Positions 1 through 13,600 of a stretch of DNA of 64,000 nt are shown here, in pieces. The stretch is taken from positions 8,308,001 to 8,372,000 of the forward strand of contig JBHGNT010000020.1 in the NCBI GenBank assembly GCA_043228905.1, read 5' to 3'. Under the pieces are notes generated by a model. The model was not told the DNA's origin and did no database searches. It saw only the letters and a program-made list of their open reading frames with translations. The position numbers were made by a program, and so were the translations under genes. The DNA is from Azolla caroliniana (lineage: Eukaryota > Plantae > Polypodiophyta). Each line of letters starts with the position of its first letter. The first letter of the stretch is position 1.

Positions 1-438
1 AACCGGAAATCGTGGAGATAGCCAACATGGAAGGCTAAGTTTGTAAATAGTCGAAAGGTTACATTATTATATAAGTACTTAGGGAAATCATGTTATGTGT
101 GCGTTATTTGTAAAAAGTTACTGTTGACGAGGTTGTTGCCTCTACAACTGTGAGAGTGAACGAGTATGAATGGAAGCGTGTGAGCTCCATAGCTGCCTGT
201 TGGCAAAGCAGGATCTCGAGGTCGTTGCCACTGAGATCTCTAATTGTATTCCTTTCTCTCATATAGTGTTCTATTCCGGAGTTTTGTGGACTCCACGTGG
301 TTTTTCCCTAGTTCGGGTTTCCACGCTAAAATCTGTGTTATTCTCAGTTTCAGTATTCTGTTTTCCCTTTCCATTAGATTGACAATTATTCCACACAAGT
401 ACAACCGATTGTGGCAGGCAACGATTTTAACTTTGAAC

Positions 439-450
439 TGGTATCAGAGC
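439..450 (+). promoter_or_regulatory. Primer-binding site, tRNA-iMet (TGGTATCAGAGC), element C1
   Basis: Exact canonical iMet PBS just upstream of the gag ATG at 465. Confidence 0.9.
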
Positions 451-464
451 AAGAAACACAGAAA

Positions 465-3400
465 ATGGAAGGAGGCGCGAGCGGCTTCCTAGGTATGATG
501 GTTCTAAATTCACAGAACTATGCAGACTGGAAGATTAAGATGGAAGACCTTCTCATTGTAAAAGACCTGTACGAGCCAATCAACAGATCGGAAATACCAA
601 AGGGGGTATTGGAGTCGGATTGGAAGCTTCTAAATAGGAAAGCCATGGCCACTATCCGACAATGTGTCGACGTAAGTGTCCTTCAACATGTGGCGAACGA
701 CACGAATGCCCACGAGATGTGGCAGAAGCTGTCGGGTGTTTATGAGAGGAAGAATGCGCTCAACAAAACCTCATTGATGAGGAAAATAGTAAACCTGAAA
801 TACAGAGACAGCAAGAGCATGGTTGAACATGTAAGCACATTCATGGGGTATGTGAATCAAGTTGCGGCGATCAAGTTCCCGCTGGATGATGCAATGCAGG
901 CAATCATGTTGATGTGTATGTTGCCGGAAAGCTGGGAGAACTTGGTGGTTACTCTCATCACCTCCTGCCAAGAAGAGAACTTGTCTTTGCAGATGGTGAA
1001 GACAAGCATCCTGAACGAGGAGGCGCGTCAGAAGGACAAGGAACCGATCCCCGACTCAAAAGCGCTCCTTTCCGAATCCGAACATGGAAGTCAAAGGAAC
1101 CGGAGTCCCCAGAACCGGGAAAAATCGGGGACACAGTCAAAGTCAAGAGGGAGGCCTACTTGTTTCTACTGCGGGAAGCCGGGGCATTTCCAAAAGAACT
1201 ATCGACATTTCCAGAAAGACAAGGAAATCAATAGTACCGATTCGAAGAAGTCATCGGACCGAAACGATTCAGATCGGTGAGGGCAGGACCGGAAAGGAAC
1301 GACGGCAATCGCGGCAAACGAAGAGGAGCTAATGCTTATCACCAAGGAGAGTGAGTTGAACCTTGCCGACGACGAGATGACCTAGGTAGTCGATTCCGGA
1401 GCGTCGTTCCACCTAACCCTAGATAGAAAATGCTTCTCATCCTACTCGGCCAGTGACAACGGCCGTGTTCGGATGGGGAATGAAGGTACATGCCGAATTG
1501 TCGGCATAGGAGATGTGTGGTTGACGACATCAACCGCATGCAAGATGTTGCTGAAGGATGTTCGACATGTTCCAGAAGGTTCGATTGAACCTAATATCAG
1601 CCGATCGGCTAGATGATGAAGGCTACACGGGTAGCATCCGGAACAGTGTTATGAAGTTCAGCAAAGGGAGCCTGATTGTGGCTCGGGCCCGGAAAGTCAA
1701 CACTCTGTACCTGATGAATGCCCGGTTATGTCCGAACGAAGTGAACGTGGCATCCGACACTGTCGGTGAGCTGTGGCACAAGAGGCTGTGTCACATGAGT
1801 GAGAAGGGGATGAAGAGGCTTGCAGACGACAACCTCATTCCAATGAAGAATGTGCACTTGGAGAAGTGCACTAATTGTCTGGCTGGTAAACAAAACCGGA
1901 CCTCCTTCTGATCGAGGCCAGCAATGAGACGTAATGCACCACTGGAGTTGGTGCATACTGATGTGTGTCAAGTGGACACGAAGTCACACGCCGGATCGCA
2001 TTACTTCGTGTCGTTCATAGATGAACACAACCGGAAGTTGTGGGCCACATTGTTGCAAACGAAGGATGAAGTGTTATCCATTTTCAAAGAGCTCCACGCA
2101 AGAGTGGAAAGAGAAACCGGCTGGAAACTAAAGGCGGTTCGAACAGATAACGGAGGAGAATACCGGGGGCAGTTCGAGGAGTACTGTCGCTCGAAGGGAA
2201 TCCGGCTCGAATTTACCATGCCGAAGACGCCGGAACTAAACGGGTTGGCCGAGAGGATAAATTGGCCCATAATGAAGAGGGTCCGGAGTATGTTGGCGCA
2301 TGCAAAATTACGCAAGACGTTTTGGACTGAGGCACTGTCAACGATGACATATGTGATAAACAGATCACCCTTAGTACCCTTGGACAGAGACACGCCGCAG
2401 AGAGTTTGGAGCGGTAAGGAAGTGTCCTACCGGCATTTGAAGGTATTCAGGTGTCTTGTGTACGTGCATGTAACTAAGGACCGGAGAGGAAAGTTAGATC
2501 CGAAGACCCGGCCATGCATATTCCTCGGTTACGGCGACAATGAGTTCGGCTACCGAGTGTGGGACCCGGTAGACCAGAAAGTATTCCAGAGTCGAGATAT
2601 TATCTTCATGGAGGACAAGACGCTCGCCGACTGGGAGTCGGAGAAGAAGATAATGAACTCCGAGTCGACCGGTAAGGAAAAATTTCGATTCGATGAAATG
2701 CAGTTCCAACCGGCAAGAAGCTGGTTAGCACTCGATGAACCAGCCGGTGACGGTGAGGAGACAAAACCGACTGAAGAAGAAGGAATAGGTGAAACAGAAA
2801 CCGGACAAGACCCCGAATCGGATTTGGATGAAGAGCAAATGAAGGAGCTGGTTACCGAAGCCCAAGGACGTAGATATCCTCTCAGAGAGAGAAGGGCCCC
2901 CCGGAGATTTCCGGATCTAGAGCACGTGCAACCGATGAGGGGGAGCCAGAAAGCTTCGAGGAAGCTAAAAGTGACGCCCATAGCCGCAAATGGTTAAGTA
3001 CCATGCAAGATGAGAGGGATTCCCTGCATGAGAACCATACGTACAAATTGGTGGAGTTGCCGAAAGGAAAGTGGGCACTTCGAAACAAGTGGGTGTACAA
3101 GTTAAAACTGGGAGATGCCGGCAACCCCCCGAGATACAAAGCCAGGATTGTGGTGAAGGGGTTCCAGCAGAAGAAGGGCGTGGACTTTGACGAGATATTT
3201 TCCCCGGTAGTAAAGATGACTTCCATCCGGACGGTGCTGAGTATAGTAGCAAGCATGGACCTCGAGGTAGACCAGATGGACGTGAAGACAACATTCCTTC
3301 ACGGTGACCTGGAAGAGGAGATCTACATGCAACAACCGGAAGGATTCGTGGAGAAAGGGAAGGAGCACCTGGTTTGCTAGTTGAAGAAGAGCCTGTATGG

Positions 3401-4264
3401 ACTAAAGCAGGCTCCCCGACAATGGTACCGGAAGTTCGACTCCTTCATGACTGACCAAGGGTATCACAAAACGCAAACTAATCACTGCGTGTTTGTGAAG
3501 AAGTTCGAAGGAGGCGACTTCCTGATACTCCTTCTGTACGTGGACGACATGTTGATCGTCGGACGAGACCAAGCCAAAATACGGATGCTGAAGAAGGCTC
3601 TCAACCAAACTTTCTCAATGAAAGACTTAGGCCCGACAAGACAGATACTGGGATGCACATCATCCGGGACCGGTCAAAGAAGCAATTGTGGTTGTCATAG
3701 GAGAAATCAGTGACAAAGGTGATTCAACGGTTTAACATGTTAGAAGCGAAACCGGTCGGATCGACACTACCGGCAAACTGCAAATTATTCGGTAAGCAAA
3801 GCCCGAAGACGAAAGTAGAGAAGACGGATATGATGAAGGTTCCATATGCCTCTGCCGTCGGGAGCTTAATGTACGCAATGGTGTGTACTCGACCGGATAT
3901 TGGATATGCAGTCAGAGTGGTGAGCCGGTTTATGAGCAATCCGGGCAAGGAGCACTTGAACGCGGTCAAAGGGATACTCCAGTACTTGAAGGGCACTTCG
4001 AATATGTGTCTCCGATTCGGCTCCGGTATCAACTTGACAGTTTTACCGATTCGGATATGTCGGCTGATGTGGATACCAGCCGGTCTACATCCGGATATGT
4101 AATGACATATGCAGGGGAAGTTGTTTCGTGGCAGTCGAGGCTGCAGAAGACGGTTGCGTTGTCAACCACGGAGGCGGAGTACATGGTAGTTACTGAAACC
4201 GGCAAGGAAATATTATGGATGAAGGACTTCATCGGAGAGCTCGGTATCCGGCAAGATGAATATC
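465..4264 (+). pseudogene. Copia gag-pol polyprotein, disrupted
   Basis: ORF pieces 411-1280, 1558-1911, 1924-2997, 3003-3713, 3710-4102, 3883-4368 separated by stops and frameshifts. Confidence 0.9.
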
Positions 4265-4688
4265 GAAGGACTTCATGGGAATGCGAAAATACTCTTAGAA
4301 CTAACTTCCCTAACTTTCCATTGCAAGAGTGCAATGTTTTAAAGAGGGGGAGTATGTTACGGGCATGACCATATAATATCCCCTGGTGAGAATTTACCAT
4401 AGTAATCTATACACATGGATAAGTGTGACGGTTAAACGAGAGTGTAAAGAAGGGGAGGATTACTTTTAATCCTCGGGATTGAGACAACCCATTAGGCCAA
4501 CTGTGAACTTGTTTGGGGGCCTTGGGTCTTGCTATAAATATGAGGCCTAGCTACCCTCATTTTATCATCTCTTGACTACGTCAACACTCTGTTCTTGTGG
4601 TGGATCGACACCCTTCTTTCTCTCTCCTTTCTTATTTCATATATGTTTTATCCTTATCATATGCTTACATTAGATAATAACTCTAACA
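4265..4688 (+). mobile_element. 3' remnant of a chromovirus-type Ty3/gypsy element: chromodomain tail, PPT and 334-bp LTR (4355-4688)
   Basis: SWECENTLRTNFPNFPLQECNVLKRGS resembles the TWE..L...FP.F.LEDK.....GG chromodomain end; PPT AAAGAGGGGGAG at 4341-4352; TGTTA...TAACA termini. Confidence 0.7.
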
Positions 4689-4837
4689 TGTAGCATCCCT
4701 AAATCTATGTGGAAAGAGTTTGAAAATGTCCAAAAACATTTTCTTACGAAATTTCTACAAGTTAAGAAACAAACATCCTACACCCTCCTCCTTCAGACGT
4801 GTTAAGAATTGAGTCTATGGTGATTGCAAAGCAGCGG

Positions 4838-6235
4838 TGTCGTGAAGATTTTCAGCAATGGTGTGAAAATTGCATAAAACATACGAAATCGAGTATGAAT
4901 AATATAAAACAATAATAGTGAAGATACTATTTTAGATTTTTTTTAAATCTTGGTACGGGAAGATGGAGGTCTTCAAGAGCTTTCGAATGCTTTTTACTAC
5001 ATAAGAAACAAACATCTAAGTGTCAAGTTATGTGGGTATAAAGTTTTGCAAAAGAAAAAGAGAAAAATAAAACTGTGAAATATCCCACATAGATAGGAAA
5101 AATAGGCTCCAGCTATATAAGAAGATTGAGGTCCATCATATTTTGTGTTAAGAGCACATAAGAAATAGTTGGACTTGGCCACTTTTGTTTAGATGGACAT
5201 GTGTGGCTAAGTCGCCGGATGTGGCTAAGTGCCTGAACCAACTGGTGAAGAAACTCAAACCGGCCGATGACAGGACCGGAAACCGGATGGAGCCGACAAT
5301 CGGTGACCGGACGGAACCGGCAACAGTGACGGCATCCGGCGACCAGAGAACGGCATCTAGCGACGGAACTGTCGACCGGTGAACGACATCCGGCGGCATC
5401 CGGCAATAGAGTCGGTGAGCCGGTTTGGAACCGGCGATGGAGCCAATGAGCCTGTTTGGAACCGGCGACGAAGCCGGTGAGCCGGCAACATTCGGCATCA
5501 AAGTCGGCGACGACAAGCAGCGACCGACCGGTGATCGGCAAGCGACTCGGGATGCGGACCGAACCAGATCGGGATGCAGACTAGACGGGACCAAACGGAT
5601 GCAAATCGGACGGATCGGTTGATCACGGTGCATGGTGTCTTTAAGATATTTGTTCTAAAACCCTAATAGTATTTTGTGGACAAAAGAAAATGATGTAAGC
5701 AAGACTCAAACTTAACACCTCCAAGATAGGAAGCAATAGGCTTACCATTAAGCCAAACCATTTCTTTACGAATTATATTTTTATAATTGTAACTTAACAT
5801 GTAAATTCTCATACATGAGAGCTAGAATGAGTGACATGGTTATCATGCACCATATGTAATACATGAGCGCCAAATGGCAAACATGCACTTTATGCATGTC
5901 TTGTACCCCCAAATGCATGAGGGCATCTATAAAAGAGGAGAGGAAAAAGATGAGAAAAAAATGTAAAATTCTTATCAAAGAAGCTGTGTACTTTATATCA
6001 AAATTAATATTAAGAAGAAAATTCGTTATCCAATTGAGGTATTAATCTTGTTCTTCAAATCTAAAGTCAAGAATTCAATCTAAAATCAAGCGTTCTATCT
6101 TATCTCAATCTCTCGCTCTTTCAATCTATCTTAATTCCTTTCTTGCTAAAGCTTGTGCAAACTTTGAGTCCTTCTGGTCCAGAACCCCGGTGGTTCCGCC
6201 TCACGATCCGCACATAGTGACGGATCATCACGGCA
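4838..6235 (+). mobile_element. Solo LTR S1 of the tRNA-Trp/4-bp-TSD Ty3 lineage (same LTR family as G4)
   Basis: TGTCGTGAAG...TCACGGCA; GCGG duplicated at 4834-4837 and 6236-6239; homologous to reverse complement of 53735-54887. Confidence 0.9.
5696..5756 (-). ncRNA. tRNA-like element (degenerate A/B boxes) inside solo LTR S1
   Basis: rc reads TGGCTTAATGGTAAGCC...TTCCTAT...AAGTTTGAGTCTT; same position as 54181-54248 in the G4 LTR. Confidence 0.5.
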
Positions 6236-6639
6236 GCGGAAGATGAGAGACTATGTGTGTGTGTGTGTAACAGCAGAGAGAGAGAGAGACAGAAAGACAG
6301 AGAGAGAGAGAGAGAGACAGAAAGACAGAGAGAGACAGAGAGAGACAGAGACAGACAGAGAGATAGAGATAGACAGAATTGTATATTATATTAAGAAGAC
6401 GAAATACATCCAACATTTACTGAGTTACAATGAGTTGGTTTATATACCAACTAAGCTAGGGCAAGCACCTTTTCTGCTATTTACAAAACTAGCCTGGTAT
6501 GTCCATGGGCTAGTGTGAACCTATTCCTATGGGAAGTTGAGTTCGACTCTCAACACGCCCCTTCGAACACAACTTCCATGAAATCGGTTTGAAGTTCGGT
6601 GTACATATCTGCGTATCAATGCGTACTCTGCGTACTCCC

Positions 6640-7869
6640 CCTCAAGCTCAGTAATGTGGGCGATATGAGACCAAGATCATATGTGAATTGCCCAAGCTTG
6701 TCTACTCCTAAGCCCTTCATAAATATATCAACAACCTAAAGGTGCATGCTGATATGTTGGAGATCGATTTCTTCGGCATGTACGCGCTCGCGGATGAAGT
6801 GGTAGTGTACTCCGATGTGTTTAGTCCGCACGTGAAATACTGGGTTGCACGCCAAGTAGATACTACTCATGTTGTCACAATACAGGCATATTGGATCTTT
6901 GATGGGAATGCCTAGATCCTTCAGTTTGCGCTTCAGCCATACGACTTCACATGCGGCGACTGTCGCGCCCCTGTATTCGGCTTCCGTGCTTGACAGTGCG
7001 ATTGTCGACTGTTTCTTGCTGCTCCAGGAGATCGCTCTGCTGCCAAGGGAGAAGACGAATTTGAATGTGGATCGTCTATCCGCTTTGTATCCTACCCAGT
7101 CCGCATCTGTGTACCCTTCAAGTCGAATGGTCGTATTCGACTTATACAAGATGCCATAATCCACTGTTGTGCTGACATATCGTAGTATCCTCTTAGCGCA
7201 ATCGAGGTGAAGGTTTCTTAGATTCTACATCAATTGGCTAAGTAGGCTGACCGAATAACTAAGGTCGGGTCGCGTAATGGTTAGGTAGATTAGACTGCCG
7301 ATCAGTTGATGATACTGAGTCGACTCACTCACGGCCGTGCCGGAACTGGCATCGATCTCGAGATTACGTTCAAGAGGGGTATTCATAGGTTTGCACTCTG
7401 TCATTCCAAACTTGTAGAGTAAGTTGAGAATGTAGTGCTGTTGTGAGATCATTATCCCGACTCGTGTCCGAATTACTTCAATACCTAGAAAGTAATAAAG
7501 TTCGTGCAGGTCTTTCATTTCGAATCTGCCGGAAAGAAGTAATTTAACTTTGTTAATCTCAGGGAGATCCTTTCCTTCGATAACTAAGTCATCCACGTAT
7601 AGAATGATGACTATCGGGCTATCCGACTCATTTCGAATGTACAGAGATGTATTGGATTTTGACATCCGAAATCCGACTTGGTTAAGATATTGCGTGATCT
7701 TTGAGTGCCAAGCAGGCGGTGCTTGTTTGAGGCCGTAGAGTGGCTTCTTGAGTCGGCATACAATGTGTGGATGATTACGCGATTCGAATCTGGGTGGTTG
7801 TGTCATATACACCTCTTCTTCTAGCTCACTTTGGAGGAAAGCGTTTTTCACGTCCATCTGATGGAGGTG
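6640..7869 (-). pseudogene. C2 reverse transcriptase C-half and RNase H
   Basis: HQMDVKNAFL, YVDDL, GYTDADW, TKHI..HYHF motifs in ORFs 7225-7893 and 6736-7164. Confidence 0.9.
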
Positions 7870-7874
7870 GGGCG

Positions 7875-8254
7875 TGTTGAGAATCAAGCTCAACTTGGTC
7901 TAGTGTGTGAACTCACCTTGAGAGTGAAGAGACACCTCAACGGTCAAGAGTCACCATTATGTCACCACTTTGTATTCTAGCATTTAGTATGAGTCATAGA
8001 ATCATATTCTATGACACATAACTTATGAGCTTTCACATTCCCCATGCTCCATGAGCCTTGTAGTTAATGAAGAGAGAGGGTGACTACATAAAGCACCCTC
8101 CTCCCATCTTGTATAATGTTGAGTCTTTCTCCTTTGCTAATATACTTAAGCTTGCGTATACTCTGTGTCTCTCTCTCTCTCAATCTCATACACACATACA
8201 CACACAGTTCACACCTATTCCGCTTCACAAGAACCCATCTCTTGATTCTTTACA
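7875..8254 (+). repeat. C3 5' LTR
   Basis: TGTTG...TTTACA direct repeat of 46525-46896, followed by TGGTATCAGAGC. Confidence 0.95.
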
Positions 8255-8312
8255 TGGTATCAGAGCGATTTGGTAGTACGGGAACAACTCTGACTACGAA
8301 GATCGTGGCGGA

Positions 8313-9876
8313 ATGTATGCATGGAACTCCGACCGTGGCGGAATGTTCATGATGAAATATAGAGCAAACTCTATGTCGGCCTCTACCTCAACTAGTGCCC
8401 TCAATCCGGAGGACGTATGGTTTGTAGAATCCGGAGCCTCAAACCATATAACATCCCATAAAGAATGGTTTCTCGAACTTCGAGAGCCGGAGCGACCCGG
8501 TTATGTCGAAACCGGAGATGACACTACGCACCCGATTTGGCACATCGGCAATGTTCCGTTCGGCGAAAGAGGTAAGCAAACATACATTAAAAATGTCTTG
8601 CATGTTCCCACCATCACAAAGAATTTGGTCTCGGTCGGCCAAATGGTTGAGCAAGGGATGCAAGTACGATTCGACCAAGAAGGGTGCTTCATCGAAAAAG
8701 AAGGCCGAATCATCGCACGTGGAAGAAGAGAGGGCCGGATGTTCATTCTCGATTCGCACGAGATGAAATCCGCCATGTTCGCGAAAAGCACGAAAGCCGA
8801 CTCCGACATAGAGCTATGGCATAAGCGAATCGGCCACATCAATCTCAACAAATTCAAAGCAATGAGATCGGAAGGAGTCGTTATCGGAATCCCAACATTC
8901 AAAGAGAAGGAGATTGAAGGTGTATGCGAAGCGTGCCAATTCGGCAAGCAACACCGACACCCATTCCCGAAGGAGCGGAATGTGAGCAAAGGCGTACTCG
9001 AAGTAATTCATTCCAATGTATGGGGTCCGGCCCAAACGGCGACATTCAACGGATGCCGATATTACGTGCTCTTCATCGACGAATTTTCTAGGCACACTTG
9101 AATCTATCCAATGCGGCAAAAGAGCGAAGTGTTCGGACACTTCCAAAAGTTCAAGAATGAAGTCGAGAAAGCCACGGGCCGACATGTACGATGCCTTCGA
9201 TCGGATGGCGGCAAGGAGTACTTATCGGATGATTTCACGGCGTATCTCGGAAAGGAAGGTATTCGGCGAGAATTCACTTGCCGACACACTCCGCAACAAA
9301 ACGGAGTAGCCGAGCGCAAAAATCGGCACATCCTCGAAGTAGCACGGGCCATGATGAACGAGAAGCATATGCCCAAGTCATATTGGGCCGAAGCGGAAAA
9401 TACGGCCGTCTACCTAATGAACCGGTGCACAACATCCGGCGTGCACGAGGTCACTCCGCACGAAAGATTCTTCGGAAAGAAGCCGAACCTATCACATGTT
9501 CGGATATTCGGCTCCATTGCGTACGTGCACATCCCCGACGAGAAGCATCAAAAGCTCGACCCGAAGTCGGAGAAATGTATCCTCGTAGGATACTCACTAG
9601 AGAAAAAGGGGTACAAGTGCTACAACCCCTCAACTCGAAAATCTCGGGTAAGTCGAGACGTCGTCTTTGACGAGTCCGCATCCTGGTACGCACCAGAGAC
9701 AACTTCGCCTCCGACTCCGTTCGACCCGGAATCCACCGAACAAGAGATAGAGGATGAAGATCATCTTACGCGCATGTTCGAAGAAAGTCCGATCACGACC
9801 CGACTAAGCGGACCACAAGAGCCTTTGAGCGATCAAAGCACATCACGGCCTAGCCCGAAGATGGACAAAGGCAAGG
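8313..9876 (+). pseudogene. C3 protease, GAG-pre-integrase and integrase (one in-frame stop)
   Basis: WFVESGASNH, LWHKRIGH, CEACQFGKQ, LRSDGGKEY, QNGVAERKNR. Confidence 0.9.
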
Positions 9877-10319
9877 TGTTGTCCGCCGGAATAGTAACCA
9901 ACGGCCAAAAGCGTAGGAATAAGAAACTATATAAAGCGTAACGTATGTAACGGTTCACGTAGGGGAAGCGTGAACGGCTAATTAGACCCTGCATATATAA
10001 AGGGCAGAAAACCTCTTAAGGAGGTGTGTGTAAATTTTGGGAATTGTAAAAGAACGCCTGATAATAGAATACTATCTTCTCTGAGTTTCTGTGTATAGCT
10101 ACGGCTAATTCAGTGTCTGTGTCTCGGATACGTAATCGTAGTAGTACGTAAGCGCAACCTGTGATAAGGAATCGGTTGTAGCCGTCTCCCCTTACACACG
10201 GAGGAATCACAGAGGTTCTCTTCTTACGTAGTACGATTAAGCTCTATTTGTTGTTCCACACCCACCTTGGGGTCTAGGTTGAAGGACCGACCACGGACCG
10301 TGTTTCCTAGGAGGCAACA
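9877..10319 (+). repeat. G1 5' LTR
   Basis: TGTTG...CAACA; about 15 substitutions versus the 3' LTR by eye. Confidence 0.95.
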
Positions 10320-10607
10320 CTTTTGGCACGCTTGGTGATCTGTGTTTCCTCACAGACGAGCAACAAGAAATGGATGTTTAGCCGCAGACGACTCAGAGAA
10401 CCAACAAGACAAGACCGGCCAATAGCAAGTTCCGTCACACGCCAGGCAGAAGAACGCGCTCGGCAGAAGCCGCGCATCGGCAACCCCAGTAATACCTGCC
10501 AGGAGCGCAAAGAGGATTCCTTGCTCCCCAAATACCTCGACGAGGCGAGGGGACCACGCTTACCGCAACCTCCCGGTGACCTTCTCCGATCCGTCGTAGC
10601 TCCCACG

Positions 10608-13600
10608 ATGGCCTTTGCCTACCCCCGCTTTAACGGCGAAACCGACGCCGCAACTCATGTTCGCATGTTCTTTAACGTTTGGAATGCGAACCACATGGCA
10701 CAGAACCTTTCCGAGACGGTGGCACACCAGTCGAAAATGACGGAGTTCGGATTAACATTAGATGGGCGTGCGGCGTTCTGGCATTCACAGATGGATTTAC
10801 CGGCCATAACAACCTTCGATCAGCTCCAGTCCGCCTTCTTGCGTTTTTTCCACCGAAGGGTTCCACAACGCGAGATTCTCGGGCAGTTTTATACAATTAA
10901 GCAACTACCGACCGAGACAATAACAGACTTCAGCTTACGGTTCCAAAATTTACGATGGAAACTGGATCGAAGCCCTGCGGAGGAGGAGGCACGGGAGACA
11001 TTTCTGGCAGTGTTACGCCGGCCCATCAGGGCAACTCTCAACAGCAATAGCGTGAAAGGGGAAACAGCGGATATGGTGATTGAACGAGCGTTACAGCTCG
11101 AGTTGGATGACGAGGAGGAGAGGTTTTCGATGTCATCCTTACGACAAGCGTTATCTCAGGATGAGGAACGCCAATTTTGTCAGGCAATCCAGTGCACGAT
11201 TTCCTTGAACTCGGGGCATTCCGCGGTGGAGTGCAATATGCGAATCCACTGCCCAATCTGCCACTCGAAGGTTCACACAGTCGACCAATGCGAGTACAAT
11301 ATGTTAAATAGAGCCACGCCCGCGGTCCGCAGCATGGACACACAGCGGCAACCACATCGGGTGGAACAAAGGAGGCAAGAAGACCGACCCCGGTATAAGG
11401 ATCGCAACCCGCGGGAGGACATGTACAACCGGAATCGCCGGAATCACAACGAGTCCGAGGAGGAGGACCCGGAGGACGAGGATTATCGTGGACATCCGAG
11501 TTACGCCAAAGGAGGTCGGCGATACGAACATCAACGCCCGATGAACAAACGGCTATCGAGGTAAGCCTCGACAATATAGGGATCACCGGCGTTATGACGA
11601 AAGCTCGGGGGTGAGCGGCACCAGGAACAACGACGAGATCAACAGCAACCACCGCGTACGTCCCGACAAACGAGGCCGGACCGCGAAGAGCAAGTAGCGC
11701 CCGAAGAACAACACACTCCACCTGGGGCTGAGAAGGGAGAATCAAGCATCCACTGTTTTATTTGTCAGCAACCCGGACATTATGCCACACAATGCCCAGC
11801 ACACAAGGGAAAGGGCCCCGCCGTCAACACGATTACGACGGAGGTGCAACAAGTCACGACACGCCAGCAAACGAAAATGGCGGATTGGGCTACGCAGGAC
11901 GAGGTACGACGACAAGCCCAAGCCTGGGTGGAAAAAGCAAACGCGGCCAATACGGAACGTATGAGGCAGGAGTCCGTGAATGCAATGAAGCAAACAGAGA
12001 ACGAAAAACCATTTGGCAGGTGTTAACAGGCTGTGAAATCACGCTAACTATGGAAAAACTGCTACAGCTAGTTCCACGTTTCCGCCAGACCATGGAAGCA
12101 CAGGTGGCGAGCATGACCGGGGCAAGCGTTACCACAAACCTGACTGACGTCAGCGAGGGACCACCAGTGGTAGATCAGCACAACCTGGCCATTACAATAA
12201 TATTGCACGGACAGGAAGTCCCTGGATGTGTAATCAACGGCGGCTCAGGCGTCAATGTGATTAGCGCGAAAACTTGCGAACAGTTGGGCATTTCCGAATG
12301 GGAGGCGTGTCCATTCTGGCTTCGCATGGCAGATACCCGATCAGTGCGGCCGTTGGGGCTAATTCGCAAAATAGGCATCATCGTGGGCGGACACCGCTTC
12401 GACATATCGACGGTCGTCCTCGCTTTGGACGCGCCAGGGGCATACCCAGTGCTTCTGGGCAGACCATGGCTTCGGATAGCAAATATCAAGCAGAGCTGGC
12501 AACACGAGTGTATCAATTTCCGGCAGGGACGCATCAAGGTTCGTGTTCCTACGGAAGGCAACAGGCCCCAACCTAAGGGGATAACACCGTTATATGCGGA
12601 AGACATCAATATGCTGGCTGGGGTGGAGGATGCCGAATTGGAAGCGTACCTTGACGAACATCCTCGGATTATTCCGTTGTTCGAGATAGATGTCATCGCA
12701 ACTGCGGCAGAATATACTACGGCCAGTGTTCCAAGCGAAGAGTCGTACGAACCAAACCCAGAGTCCATATTGGAACTCAGCAGAGCACGGGCGGCCTTCG
12801 AAAGGGAAATGGAGATTTGACGACGGGTCACCGCTTCCGCTCTCGACGAAGTGAATGTGGGTACGGGACCGGAACCCCGGTTCCTCTCCATAGCAAAGGA
12901 ATTGAGGCCGGACCAGAGAACCACAATGATCGCACTACTCACAGAATATAAAGATGTGTTCGCGTGGGCTCATGAGGACATGAAGGGGTTAGATCCCAAG
13001 TTCTATCAGCATAAGATCAATTTAGCAACGGACGCGAAAACTGTCCAGCAGCGTCGCTACCGCATGAACCCCAATTACGCGACCCGCGTGAAAGAAGAAA
13101 TTGACAAGCTGCTGAGGGCTGGGTTCATATGGCTAGTAAAACAAGCGACATGGCTTAGCCCGATAGTGGTTGTCCCAAAGAAAAACGACAAAATACGGGT
13201 ATGCGTGGATTACCTAAAATTAAACGTTGTAACCATTACAGACGCATTTCCCTTACCCTTCACTGATAGTGTGCTGGACGCCGTCGCAGGCCATGAGATG
13301 TACAGTTTCTTAGATGGCTTTAGTGGCTATAACCAAGTACGCATGCACCCCGACGACCAGGAGAAGATGACATTTGTCATGGACTGGGGAGTATATGTGG
13401 CGGTCGTCATGATGTTCGGCCTAAAGACAGCACCGGCAACTTTCCAACGAACGATTATTAAGATCTTTGGGGAATACATTCTGGCGTTCATGCAAGTCTT
13501 TTTAGACAATTATGCGGTATATGGGCGAACAAAAGACCATTTCTCGCACTTACGTCTCTGCCTGGAACGTTGCCGCACCGCACGCTTAAGCTTGAATCCC

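Larger units (their letters stand above)
1..4264 (+). mobile_element. Ty1/copia LTR retrotransposon C1 (Tnt1/Tork-like), 5' LTR partial, 3' end lost
   Basis: PBS at 439-450; domains in gag-PR-INT-RT-RNaseH order (CFYCGKPGH knuckle, VDSGAS, LELVHTDVC, YVDDM, ALSTTEAEY); RNase H breaks off after GIRQDEY and no matching 3' LTR follows. Confidence 0.9.
4800..6555 (-). repeat. 3' LTR of C2 (~355 bp net, interrupted by solo LTR 4838-6235)
   Basis: TGTTAAG at 4800 and CTCAACA at 6555, PPT (rc AGGGGCG) at 6556-6562; layout resembles the C3 LTR including (GT)n/(GA)n tract. Confidence 0.75.

Noticed and set aside
411-464. N-terminal extension of the C1 gag ORF
   Set aside because: Overlaps LTR end and PBS; real start is more likely ATG 465
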